Source: Polymyxa betae A26-41 (taxonomy: Eukaryota; Protista; Endomyxa: Phytomyxea). From it: a stretch of 44,030 nt of DNA. A program made the position numbers and the translations under genes. The stretch is from assembly GCA_003693705.1 (NCBI GenBank), contig RBZT01000519.1, positions 1-44,030 of the forward strand, written 5' to 3'. The notes beneath the pieces were generated by a model. It was not told the DNA's origin. It made no database searches and worked only from the letters and a program-made list of their open reading frames with translations. Of this stretch, positions 11,172 to 23,604 are shown piece after piece. The stretch's first letter is position 1; every line of letters starts with the position of its first letter.

Positions 11172-11645
11172 GCTATAGTGACCTAAGCGACATTAATAGG
11201 CTGCATCATATTGCACCGGTCGGCGAACTTCTTCATACTGTGCGAGACAAAGAACGATGCCATGTCGGATACCAGAATCTTTGGGGTTGCGAAAACGACC
11301 CTCCAGTCCATCATTGCCCCCATCGTGTGATTAAGAATCCAGACAGATCATCCCTCAGTATCAGATTCTACTGGTACTCGTGAATTCCGTTCTTTGGTGC
11401 CAGAGCTTTATATAGATCCAATCCATATGAACATCCTCATTCGGTGTGCTGCCTCGGGGTGCGGTTCCCAAAGGCCGTGGAACTCTTAGTCCACCCCGTG
11501 TCGGCAAACAGTGCAGACACGCCATACGGAGCGCTCGCACATAATCGACGCACTTAGTCCACCAGAAATGGTCTGTCAGTTTCCTCTGTGTAGCGCGATA
11601 CCACAGATGGCCACTATTTCCTCCGGAGTGGGCAATCACACATGA
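11172..11645 (-). pseudogene. Gypsy integrase N-terminal half (HHCC zinc finger plus first catalytic aspartates)
   Basis: AHSG..GH..FWW..CLHC..VPRPLG..HMDWIY; downstream WRVVFATPKILVSD. Confidence 0.8.
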
Positions 11646-11914
11646 CGTCAGAACCTCATTTTAAGATCGTTGCTTCCGCAGGACGCTTATTTTTTGTATT
11701 GATAAACAGACCTTAATCATTTGTCGGCTGCGGTGTGAAATCCCTTGTTTTTTATATTCTCTGAAAATCGTTTCTTTTAAGGTCACGTGCCGTCTGTAAT
11801 CTGGTGTATTTAAATCAGTACAGTACCAAAAATCCTTGTGTGCTATCATCTTTGCGCCTAACTTCTGGTTTTAGACCCTGGCGGCTCGGAAGCCGTCTCA
11901 TAGACCTATTTTCG

Positions 11915-12640
11915 TACTTTAATCGTCAGATTCTAAATATTTTCCGTTCGTTGTGTTCGGAATTGCGTTTAACACGACCGCAGTGGCCATTACTCATACC
12001 TGTCGTCCGCTATGCTATCAGCAATGCGGTACCGCCTGATACAGTTTATGCTCCGATTACATTTCACACTGGGGTACCTGTATGTTCCCATTTAGACGCC
12101 ATCTGATCTCCGGTAAACCGAGCCTACATTTCAGTCCCATAAATTGAAAGAAGAACTGGATTCTCGTGTGGCAGAGTTGCAAATCTTCTCTTCGTGATAT
12201 GCATCGCGATGTTATTGAAGTTCGACAAAACCCTCATGATCGCGCTAACCGTAAACGTCGCGCTCCAAGGTCTCGTTTTTCTGTGGGAGATTTTGTTTTG
12301 TATTCGATGCCTTTCCGTTCCCGAGAGAAACCCATGAGCAAGTGGCAAGGTCCCGCCCGTGTTATCGATTGTCTGTCTGATTTCAACTTTCGTATTGAAG
12401 ATCTCATATCTCATATTCATATTTAGGTTCATTCACAACGTCTTCAATTTTACTGCGATAGTTCCTTACAGGCTACATCAGCACTTCTCAATCATATTGC
12501 CGCAGAATCTGCGGTTTACGAAGTGGAGGAGAATTTAGGTGCTAAGTTAGAGCGTCGACACTGGCAACTGCTCGTTCGTTGGCGAGGATTTATATAAAAG
12601 AAAAATCACTTGGGAAGACGCCAAATTTTTTAAAGGATAT
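11915..12640 (+). pseudogene. Gypsy integrase C-terminal half plus chromodomain
   Basis: NRQILNIFRSL..QWPLLIPVV..N; FSVGDFVL..KWQGP.RV (GPY/F-like); YEVEE....WQLLVRWRGF...TWE chromodomain at ~12515-12620. Confidence 0.8.
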
Positions 12641-12978
12641 TCCCGCACATCTGAAAAATATTCTCCTGTTGAAGCTACATTTTTGAATGCCCGGCGCGTT
12701 ATTCAAGATCCCTTTTCCTTAGGTTCAGAAGGCCATTCATGCGAGAGAGAGATGTGGCATTATTTTGTTCTTTTTTTTGTAATTTTAGTGTTCCTGACCA
12801 ACATCACTTGGTGTACGCAATTCTTGACCATCACCACCTCACATACATATCTAACCTTACTTGATAGCCAAATATAATAGAATAAAATTCTCTTCTTTCC
12901 TACTTTTCTTTAGATTCTTTCAACCTCTCTTCGTATCTTAATCGTAGATACGCCACAACAGCTGTCAAAGATTTATCG

Positions 12979-15090
12979 AATGGGAAGCTAACAAGGATCA
13001 GATCAAGCGTTTCAATGAAGTCATTGAGGATGAGAACCGAAATTTTTCTGTTATTACTCTCCGGGATGCAATTGTACCATGGATTTTACATCATGTATGT
13101 GCTTAAATACCTAAGTTGCCAGCAGGCTCATATTAAGACTGTGGTTGAGGATACATTGCTAAAACATCTTCAAGACTATACCGACCTTGCGGTCCGGAAT
13201 GCTTACGGCAGCAGAGGCCATTTCAAGTCTCTGAAACTTGTCCACCATGACGTCCCTCAGCTGAAATTTATGGACCTTTTCCGCCAATCCGTAGCTATCT
13301 TAGACAAGCAAGGCTTAGTCGAACATTTCAGTAAGCACACAAAGTTGCAGAGGAATCAGATCAAAGGCATGGTTGAAGCTTTGCATTCCGACTCGCTGCG
13401 CGAAACAGCGAAAGCTGCCCTGGATGTTGAAAGGATCGAATCACAAGCCGATTTTGACAAGTCTCATGATTTATTCTGGAGAGGTTGAAACCGTTCAATC
13501 GTTTCGACCGTGACGCTCATTGTTCTTCCAGCAAGACCTGTACGTCCACTTCCAAAACCCCAGAATGTTTTAATTGCAAAGGGTCCCATCACGTTCTCAA
13601 ATGTTCCACCTGTACCCCCGATGAAGCCAAGCTTTTACTGGAAGAATTCAGGTAACGCAAACGCGCAGAAGCGGCTAATAATCCCCCCACTTCTGCGACC
13701 TCGTCAAGTGCTACAAAGACAACTCAGCAGAACAAGACCGGCTCCAAGCCAGCGAAGACCCATACTGGTTCGTCCAGTATGGGTAAGACAAACTTTACAA
13801 GAACTCAAAGCTAAGTCAATACAGCTACTACCATTGCTATGCCGTCGAGTTCTTCCAATGCTTCCAGCTCATCGGCCTCGCCACAGACCGGCCCATCGAC
13901 CGGTTCATCGGTTGCTGCTAAAACCAATCGTTTGGCTGTTGTTGATTATTATTCCTTCTAGTCTACCCCTGCAGTTCCACCTCCCGTGCACCTAGCCTCT
14001 GTTGCTGGCCCAATTGAGAACGCTTCTGCCTCCAAGGATGCTCCAGTGCCGTTAGTCTCCAAACCAATTCCTCGGCTGATTTCCTCCGTCCGTATCGTGG
14101 TGAGCTCTCGTGGTTTCGATTTTGTAACCATTCTGGATGACGGCGCTGATTAGACCCTTGTTGGCAAGAATTCATGGACCCTCATATCTTCTGCCGCACC
14201 CGAGACTTGCCATGACATGCAGTGCTTCAGTTTAGGCGATCGACGGCTCCGCTCATACTTGTTTGAAGTTTCTCCCATATATTGTGATTCAAACGACTGC
14301 TGGACCCGTAACGGTTCGTCGTCATTGGGTTCACGTTCTTGATGTCGGCATTCCTGGAGTCCTCCTCGGGCGACCGCTTCTTCTCGTCTTGGACATTGAT
14401 GTGGATAGCATGGTCACCGCGCTAGGCGCTCAACACGTTGACGTCGTTGATGAGCCCGATAATGATTTTGCTGTTTCAACTGTTGAATCAGCCAATCCGG
14501 AGCATCACGATCATGACGAAGATGCGCCATCATGTCTGGTGGAAGAGGTCGTAGTCATCCTGGGTGCGTCTGAGGACTGTGAATTAGACCGAGCGCTCAA
14601 CCAGATCGTGCACGTGACCGCAAAGCAAGGCGCCACTTCCGTTTCGATCGTCTTCCCTCATTGATTGCCGATTATCACGATATCATCAGGGTCAATCTTG
14701 GCCAAGATTCTCCTGTTGATATCTCTTCTTTTTCGCATAAGTTGAAAGAAGATGCACTGTCGGAGTTAAGACGACCTCGTCGCCAGCTCCCTCTTCAATC
14801 TCAGTTTCTTTCCGAGCACTTCCAGCAGGTAATCAGCTACGGTTTTGTCTTTCCAAACCCTGATTCAGCCTGGTCTTCTCCAGTCTTCTGCGTTCTTGAA
14901 CCCGGTCAGAACAGAGCTTTACGCTCAGTCGTTGACCTGCGTTATCCCAACTCGCAGATCCGGCGAACGGTTTACCCAATGCCCCATATGCACGCTGTTT
15001 GTAAAATTTCTTTCTAATTCGACGGCTTTCGCAACTTTGGATGCCTTCAAGGGATTTTGGCAATTCCCCATAGGAGGTGCAACCCAATCT
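12979..15090 (+). pseudogene. Gypsy gag-protease-RT remnant
   Basis: Zinc knuckle CFNCKGSHHVLKC (~13565-13605); protease-like ILDDGAD and VLLGRP; RT SAWSSPV..LRSVVDLR.PN..YPMP..LDAFKGFWQ. Confidence 0.8.
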
Positions 15091-15448
15091 CAATCTATGC
15101 TGACTCGCTGTATATCTAATACATGAAAATTAGCTCGAAGATTCATTTTGTCCTTTGTGTTAGGCTGTACCTTCGGCCATATTTCTTTCGGAATTAACTG
15201 CTTCCCAACCTTTCTTGTTGCAGACCAAGAGTTGTAATGAACGCCATGCGAGAACATTAAAACGCTGATCTTGTAAGAATTTATTGTGTCACGCCCACCA
15301 GTTTTCATCTCATTCGCTGGAGGCGACGTCAACATATCTTCAACAAACTCGGAACCAGAGCTACGATCACTCTTTCTAATAGGCAAAGATAAATAAGCAN
15401 NAATCTATTAATGGAGGAAAGGGACAGGGTAAGCGCGAATATCCCAAT

Positions 15449-16164
15449 TTGCGTTGCTATGAGTGTAAGGAATTGGGCCATCCTATCTTTAAATGCCCTA
15501 AGAATTTATCAAAACAACATGTATTTGAGGTTTTGAAAAAGAATGCTAATAAATCGAAGCAGTCTTCCAACTACACTTGGGTTTGTCACATAGTAGCTAC
15601 CGTAGCGGTGACCTATATTCGACAATTTGTTCATAAAGTCCAATTCTTCCTTCGAAAAGTCCGGAAGCAGTTTTTGGAAAATGCCCGTCATTTTATTGGA
15701 AAAATCTCACATTTCTGTCATAATGGATGCATTGAGGGTTCGATAACCGCAGTACTTTCACAACGGCGTGCTCAACCTGCTGTATTGAGAGAAACTGCTC
15801 GTTCTTTTCGCGATAGGCATCCAGGTAGTGGAAGCTCTTTCGAGCGAACGGCTTCATCATGAACGCACATCACCACCATCTTCATCCGTTTTGCTTTCTT
15901 AGCGAGCATCGAAGATCTCTCAAATCCTTCATGGGATTTACGAGTTTGAGGTTATGCATCGATATCGCTAAATACCTCATCCTGTACGAAGCCATGGAAT
16001 TGTACATGAGGCATCAGCAAAACCATATAACCTTGAACAAATGGGTGCCGCTGAACGTCTGAATAGGACGGTGAACGAAATGTCGGAGAGCATACGTTGC
16101 CATTCGGGCCATAGCAAGTCCCTCTGGGCGGAAGCTGTATGCAAAGCGAATTGGCTACGAAATC
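15449..16164 (+). pseudogene. Copia gag knuckle/integrase remnant, 5' part, interrupted by the MULE
   Basis: CYECKELGHPIFKC knuckle; AERLNRTVNEM..LWAEAV.KANWLRN immediately before the MULE TIR. Confidence 0.7.
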
Positions 16165-18932
16165 GGGAAATTTTCTAGACGCGCGCGTCTGGAGAACTGC
16201 GCAGACGCGCGCAAATTTTGCGATTTCGATTTCCAACGATCTGATTGGCTAAAATTGTTTATAGTTAATATCAACAGCTTAATGCAGACAGATGCTGTTT
16301 TAAGAACTTCCTCGATCCTGTATTCGGCTATTATGTGTCTGATTGCTTATAGTAGGGACATTTCGATCCACTTCGATGGCTGCTGATAATAATTCCTCGT
16401 GTCCGACACATTGAGCAGAACCGCCGTTCGAGTTGCAGCTTTTGCGGGTCGGCACAAACTCGATCTGTTTATGCTGCGTTTCTCGCTCCGGGAAGCGGTT
16501 ACGATTCAGAACGATGTGAGCTAAACACAATCAATAACAGAATGAATGAATTATATAAGGAAGTCAGCGTTTTAAATATGCCCCAATTAGGGCCTGCTTC
16601 ATATACCTAGAAACTCCGTGGCGGAGTTTACATGTGCAGTGGCTGCTGCCCAGCCGGCACTGTACTGCCAGTGGAGAGGAAGTGCGTGTCGGAGTTTTCC
16701 ATCTGCACTGGAGGGCTTGATGTCCCCTGACTGTCGGTTAATGTAGGGAGGGATACTAGTCGAGCGGCAGCACGTATCGTAGACTAGACTGGCTTCCTGC
16801 TCAAAAGTGTACAAGAACTTCGTTTGATGGACGTCCTCGTTTAACGGATTTCTTAGACAAAGGCGCACGCATAGGGATGAATGTCAATGAATAGGATTGT
16901 TGTTCCGGTTTCGCCGAACCCATCATAATCAAGGAATTGAATACAGCTGTTTGGCGCTTATATGCAGCCACGCTACTTTGACCTATATCCATCCACAACT
17001 TCCCTTGCTGTTTGCATTAGATGGTGATACATCAGGCTTGGTGTTGGAACAATAATCCGGTTATAGGCATCTTTTTCAACCGAAAGACGTACAGAATCGT
17101 GATTACTTGACAGAATTCGTGTTTCAGTCAAAGGTGATACAGTTAGATCGAGTCGACGTCGTGCCATAGAATACAAATGATGCTCTTTAAGACGCCTGCG
17201 TGTTTTCAGATGCTCGACCGAGGAAAGTTCATGATCAATCATCAACATTTCATGAGCTTGAACAAGATTAATGCTCACATTAAAAGGATCGATATTCAGC
17301 TTCATATAAATCGAACAAATGTGACGGCATGGTATTGGGGAAGATGCGAAATCTGAGCATGAGCACTCCGGTGCAGAATCATTAGTTCCATCTAGCTTAA
17401 TGTTATATTCTGTTGAAGTTGGCGTCCCTTTTGATGACTTGACTTTCAAACATTCAGCGGCTCTTTCACAGATGTACCTATAGGCATGAGGCATGTCAAT
17501 ATATTGCTCATCGACGCAGGGAACTATAGCACCTGGACCTGCGGTGCTTGCCGTATCTTTTGCACAAATTCACTCCAATGCCTGATAACTGATAAAAAGC
17601 TTGGTGATCAGAATTCATGACATCTCTTCTTGCAACTCGACCTCGTCTAAATGCCAGCGAAGCAGCTGATACAAATTGTTCTTTCGCAGCTCGCTTTTTT
17701 TCGATCCACCACCTTTTATTCGGCTGTTCGTACCTTCTCGTCTCTGGGTGGACTTGCAGCCTGCCGGAAACGACCCGCTTGTATACGAGCTGCAAACCTT
17801 AAAGCCGTCGCTATGCAACGCGGTAATGAACTGCTAAGCGGAAGGCGCGTGTCCAAACGTAGCCAAATAGATTGTTAAATGATCGTCTAGTGTTCGGGCA
17901 GAATCTGTTGAAGCCAGACCAAGTTTCGGAATTCGGATTAATTTGAATGAAGAGAGGCTAATGAACCTAAATATCTCACGTGCAATACACGGCCTTTATT
18001 TCAGCTTCAATAGTTATTGTTTATTTAGAGATCTGGTTATATGTTGTAACTGGAACAGGAATTACTTATGGGACCTCTGCACGCTCACTCCGTAGATCAG
18101 TACTTCGGATTAATCAGACTTACCTTTCCAGACTCATCTTGGCCAGTAGGTCCTCGTACTTCAACAGATTCGAACTCCTTATATATGGCGTCAAACATAG
18201 ATCTTTGAAAACTATCGGCCAGGTTTTGAAGTCCAGCTTTTGACGGAAATATGCGGTTATGATAATGGTTGGTGCAGAGCAGATGTTTCATCTTGAAATG
18301 CTCCGCCACAATGTGGTAAGCTGACCCATCATCAGTCATAAATGTGACACCTTCACGACCAAGACTGAAATGATTCAATGCTTCGATAATATGATCAGAT
18401 TGCTCTGAACGACATTGAGAGTATGAGCACATTACAGAATTTGCCTAACGAATCCACAAGAGTGTTGAACATGGCAATCAACCCATACAAGTCAACATTA
18501 TGTGTGCCATCATTAATAGTGAAATCGCCAAACATCAGCGCATTCGCTCTCATAGAAGCTTTCATAGTGAAAACGTCAGCCAGTCGGGCATCAGGTCCCA
18601 TCACAAATTCGAAAATGCCACCATCTTGACGAATCTGGTCACCAATCTTTCGAAATTTTGTCAAGCATTTGGGATCATTGCCGTAACGCTCCTTATAACC
18701 TTTCATAATCAGACGACTGAGGAGAGAACCTTCGTAATCATGTTCAGGATTCTGAAGTCTTAGACCCTGGTTCAAGAAAATAGACCCCGTGGCGCAACTG
18801 ATGCTTCCACCAATCAGATTGCGAGTTGGTCTATTTCCAGATCTATTACGGAATATGATCTCCGTGGGGGTCCTTTTCTGAAATAGACGTCTATTTCAGG
18901 TCAAAATTACGCAATAAAATTGCATTTTTTTA

Positions 18933-20133
18933 ATGGATCCGGCGGTTGCTGCTGCTGTTACTGGGGGTCTGATCGTTTCATTGACGGCCCTAGCGGCTGG
19001 AATGATTGCCGCTTGTTATCCAGATCATCGCGACTGGAGGACCAGGCGCCGCATTCGGCGAAATCCATTTGCTGCTGCTGATCAGCGTCCTGAGTATTTT
19101 GACGGCTGGTTTCGAGACACATTCCGCTGTTCGTGGCGGTCATTCGATGAGATTGTCAATCTGGTGAACATAGAATGGGATTCCTATCACGGGCCAATTC
19201 ACCACAATGCTAAGTTCTTCGTCCGCCAACGGGTTGCTGTTTGCCTACATTTCTTGACAAGATCTAGGTCTGTCGTCGATTCCGCCAAAGTTTTCGGAAT
19301 GGGCAAAGCCTCTGCTTTGCGGTACATCGAAGAGGTTTTGGACATTGTAATTGACCGATTGGGCCCTCGATTCATTTACCTTCCAACATCTCATGAGGAA
19401 TGGCGAGAACTTTCACACGGATTTGAGAGCAATTGCGGCTTTCCCGATGCCCGACTGGCAGTTGACGGGACCTTGATCGAGATTGAGCGTCCGCATGATT
19501 ACGAGGGATGGTATTGCCGGAAAGGATATCCTGCTATTAACGTACAAGGTGCTGTTGATTACCAAGGTCGTTTTCGGAGCTACGCCATGCGGCCTGGCGC
19601 TGAAAACGATAAGGGTGTATTCAACCGCTCTGAGTTTGGGAGAACAATCCATCAGCTGTTGCCTCCTAATAAAGTGATCCTTGCGGACGTTGGTTATCAG
19701 TTGTACACACATTGTTTGACTCCTTATGATATCAACGACGAGATGACGTCAGAGGAACGCAACTACAACTATCTGCATTCATGAACGCGAATCGTTGTGG
19801 AGAACGCTTTTGGAATGCTGAAATATCGTTTCCGACGGTTTAAAGCAGCTCTCAATCAGAAAGGCAACCTTGAGAACGGGTGGCGCCCAGAGCAAAAACA
19901 AAAAACGGCCAGCTCTCAAGCAGCGCGAATTATTCGCGGCTGCCTCATCTTTCATAACGTTTTCATTGCGTTATCCGATGATGTTCCTATTTCGGAGAGA
20001 TGATGATAACGCCGTCCTCCCCGACAGTGATCAACCACAAAGTGATCTATTCGAAGCAGTAGATGGAGAACGAGCCAAGCTGCGGCGTGACATTGTAAAG
20101 GTTTATTTGTCATCAATTAAGAACAGCCATTAG
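18933..20133 (+). pseudogene. Harbinger DDE transposase (HARBI1/DDE_Tnp_4-like) with a premature stop
   Basis: AVDGTLI, YCRKGYPAINVQG, END, LADVGY, NYLHS*TRIVVENAFGMLK.RFR, CLIFHN. TGA at 19782-19784 and a probable frameshift near 19995. Confidence 0.9.
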
Positions 20134-20183
20134 CAAGTTTTTGAATAGCTCCGAGCATCGCCAACTGAATCTTTGTGCTATTG

Positions 20184-20953
20184 TCAATGGACTGCTTCAA
20201 AGAGACAAAGAGCATCACGACTCTCTTGCATATAAGTTTTCAAGCCGTCCGCGGCCTGACCGCTAACAGCATTCGCTAAGCTGGAAACGCTTTCCGAAAC
20301 CATGGCGAAAGCGGATTCCATTTTGTCGACAAGATCAGTTGCGTTTGAGGACACTCCAGTTCGTGGGCGCTTCGCTGGAGGCGCTTCAGATTCTGGAATG
20401 TCAGCATCACCGTCCATATCTTCGCTGTCATCCTCTTGTGCACGATCGCCAACGGGATCAGTGAACTGTCCAAGATCTGATCCCGTTCCTGGGGATTTGG
20501 CAAAAAATGGAGTGATGACCGCCAGAACTGGATCATCTATGGTGTTAAGATCAGGTTTTACGTTACCAGTCCTCTTTGATTCCGTTCCAGTTGGCCCGAA
20601 ATACCTCCACTTTTTCAGGAGTGCATCGTACTTCGGACGAATCTTGCTTAACGGAACATTCCGTTCATGCTGCTGGCACCAGTCCTTCACAACTAAAGCC
20701 CAGCCTTCACCCGCCGCTTTCAGATTATGCTTGCTCTGGAAGTACTTTACGTGTGTCTCTCGACGAAGCTTCAGTAGCGTCTCGATCATCGGGATCGTCC
20801 ACCGCAAATCCCTTTCATCAGCAGATTTCTCTGATTTCGGTTTTCGTCCCCTTTTTTCGAAGGCGTTGCTGCATTGGTGTCGGTTGCAGTGACAGGTGAG
20901 GATTCTTGGCTGGGCCCGTTGTGTAATAACGTTGGTATCTGCTCAGAGCTCAT
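20184..20953 (-). pseudogene. Harbinger accessory Myb/SANT-like DNA-binding protein
   Basis: WTIPMIETLL...W..V....KIRPKYDALLKKWR..TGN tri-helix pattern. The ATG at 20953 needs one frameshift near 20850. Confidence 0.8.
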
Positions 20954-22150
20954 TTGCACAGGTTAGACTTCGACGATCACAAATGGAAAACTACAATGAA
21001 GCTACATTGGAAGCAAGGCAAGTATTACGAACGAAAAAGAGGGAACGTGATTCATGCGAGAAGTCATTGCAACAAACTGCGAACAGTCTGTCCTGACGCA
21101 GAATTTGTTGCGCCACTCACGCAGAAACGGTTGATCTATTTCTTACTAAATTGATGGGCGATCTACTTTGACCGCAATTTCTGAAATAGTTCGAGGCGTC
21201 TATTTACTTGAACCAGGGTCTTAGTAAATCTCGAGCCTTTATGATGCCCAGCATTGCAGCTCCACATTGCTTAACAACTTTAATTTCTGACCCATAAAGT
21301 TCGCTTTCGTAGTGGAAAAGTCAGCGACCAGACGCTCGAATTGAGTAGGTACGTAATGGATGTGAATGTGAGAAGTTGCTCTTATTTGGATTTATCACGA
21401 ATTTCGGATTTTGTGTAATCAAATTGGAATCGAATTCTCCAATGGCATGCGAATTTGCGATTCGCTACTGCCCCTTCGACTGTTTTACAGGGGACGCATT
21501 GTTTGGAGGTTAAGATGCAGTATAGCTTGGAGTTGGCTTGAATTCGATCTGCTCACCGAAAGCGTTTTTGAACTGGTGCTCCTTGAAGTTTTTAGCTTCT
21601 CGTCCAATCATAAAACCACCAGCCTTGGCTTGAGCTTTGAAATGTTCGAAAAGATCATCAAATGTGGACCACTCATTAGTCAGATCTGTTGCCTCTGTAC
21701 AAGATACGCTGTTGTGATATTGATATCGAAATCTTGGTGTTCGGTGGAGCTATGATTTGCGACGTCCCAATTATCTTCATTGGCTTCTTCAAAATCTGGG
21801 TTATCTTCAATCGCGTTTTCAGAAACCAGTGAAATCTTAGTGGTTTGTTCAAGATCTGTCAAAAAAGGATCCGGACGATCAGCTTCGTCGGAAGAGGCAG
21901 ATGGTTTGTTGATGTCCTGAACGTTCAGCCAGCATATAGCCTCGGACGAGGGAGTCGAGAGCGTTTTCACTTCCCGAGCTGACTCCTCGACCTCAGAGGA
22001 AATTATCGAGCGAAGCCAGAGCGGAACTGGCATCCTAATGGTTTGATATAAAGAAGGGGGTCTCTCTTCCCTAAACATACAACTCTGCGCGAGTGCTCTA
22101 GACGCTCGTCTGGATCAGCCTCTAGACGCGCGCGTCTAGAAAAATTTCCC

Positions 22151-22330
22151 GCTAAGATATCGCTCACCAGCAATCTTTTTGGACGGAACGACGTTTGCAG
22201 GAAAGATGACCTCGAATCTTTCTACGGCCGTAAGCCCAACGCCCTGAAGCTCTGAATTTTCGGCTGTTGATGTTGTGCATACATTCTTAAGGAAATACGG
22301 AACAAGTTTAACCCGAAAGCACTAAGCCCA
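22151..22330 (+). pseudogene. Continuation of the Copia integrase interrupted by the MULE
   Basis: FYGRKPN..L.IFGC..AYILKEIRNKFNPKA follows WAEAV..NR in Copia integrases. Confidence 0.7.
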
Positions 22331-22656
22331 TCATCGGATATTCGCAAAACCAGAATGTATTTAATTTGATGGACCCGGTTACGCATGCCTCCCTGATATA
22401 CATGTGAAATTTGATGAAGATATATCCGCTGGGATGCTGATAAGATAGAAGAAGAGATGAGATAACTGCACAAACTAATCAAGGAACATTCAAAGATGAA
22501 CATGAATGTGCAGAAGATGTGTTAAAGGGACGCGCTCCCTGTGACTGATTAGATTACGGTTTAGGGTCGAGGTTGTACGGCCTCTGCGCAGTGGTCCACA
22601 TCCATTGTTGATGGTGATGGCCAAGTTGGATCGACCTGTCTACGTTTGTTTACTAA

Positions 22657-22787
22657 GGCCGCGTTCGGGTGTCGCTACGCAGAACTTTCTGCGTAGAAAT
22701 TTCCTATGTAGAAGTCAACTAAACCTCCAAGCTGTGATGCGTTCCCTACATAATTCTACGCAGAATTTAGGGATTCCAAACGCGGAC
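22657..22787. mobile_element. Tourist-like MITE (131 bp)
   Basis: TIR GGCCGCGTTCGG / CCAAACGCGGAC (2 mismatches), TAA on both flanks, internal CTACGCAGAA motifs. Confidence 0.7.
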
Positions 22788-22878
22788 TAAAAGAGTTTTA
22801 TTCTAATTTTGAGCACGCTGTCTCGTTGTGAGCTGAGTAGCTTGATTATGGCAAAAGGTGCAGGATCAGGATTGGCGG

Positions 22879-23470
22879 TGTATCAGATTTATTAAAAACA
22901 TAAAATCTTAAATCCCTTTTAAAGTGCGTACGCAGTTTGAAGATCAGCGCATGCAGAGAAGCCTTGATGACCCACGCATAAATCTGATTCGAAACAAGAT
23001 GCGAACAAGATTAAAGTGCGAAGACGTACCGTAATATTAATGGGCTCATACGGTGTCAGTACGGACTGAGCTGAATGAAGCTGGGATTCAAGCTGGAAAT
23101 AAAACACAATTCATTGCTACAGACTGAAGTGCTGCTGATTTCCGTAGCATAGAGCGGTTTCGTCAGATCGCGACAAAGTTGCTACTAAAATCGGCAGCAC
23201 TTCAGTCAGTGGTAAATGAACTGCGTTTTATTTCCAGCTCGAATCCCAGCTTCATTCAGCTCAGTCCGTACGGATACCGAGCGGACTCTGCGGGGGTCGA
23301 GCCCATTAATATTACGGTACGTCTTCGTACTTTAATCTTGTTCGCATCTTGTTTCGAATCAGATTTATGCGTGAGTCATCCAGCCTTCTCTGCGTGCGCT
23401 GATCTTCAATCTGCGTACGCACATTATAAGGGATATAAGATTTATAATGTTTTCTAATAAATCTGATACA
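22879..23470. repeat. Long inverted repeat (foldback): arms 22879-23149 and 23180-23470, 30-bp spacer
   Basis: The arms are reverse complements with scattered mismatches and one internal indel. The ORF track gives EPINITVRLRTLILFASCFESDLCV on both strands. Confidence 0.95.
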
Positions 23471-23604
23471 AGCAACTTGATCACGATATCTGACGAGACC
23501 GCTCTAGCGGCTAGACGAGGATCTCGTCAGATTTCGAGACATTCCGTGGCTCAGGCTGAGACCCAGCCCGCTCAGGAGGCAGTTCCGATCCGAACCACTT
23601 CTCA

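Larger units (their letters stand above)
18763..21220. mobile_element. PIF/Harbinger transposon, full length
   Basis: TIR GACCCTGGTTCAAG(A/T)AAATAGAC at both ends; TTA TSD (18760-18762, 21221-21223); two convergent ORFs. Confidence 0.95.
16599..22078 (-). pseudogene. MULE transposase (FAR1-like, DDE and SWIM domains), split by a Harbinger insertion
   Basis: FGDFTINDGTH, FMTDD, HLLCTNH, EGTNSRIK and SWIM CSC...PCRH. The frame rejoins across the Harbinger TSD (KARDLL|RLQNPEH). Confidence 0.85.
16165..22150 (-). mobile_element. Mutator-like (MULE) DNA transposon with both ends present
   Basis: TIRs GGGAAATTTT(T)CTAGACGCGCGCGTCT at both ends. 11-bp TSD GCTACGAAATC (16154-16164) / GCTAAGATATC (22151-22161), 2 mismatches. 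Confidence 0.9.

Noticed and set aside
20302-20892. 196-aa plus-strand ORF and other antisense ORFs over TE genes
   Set aside because: Shadow frames of the Myb-like gene and of pol genes, with no independent motifs.
11050-22772. Telomeric TTTAGGG motifs (~11051, ~22560, ~22766)
   Set aside because: Isolated single copies, expected by chance.
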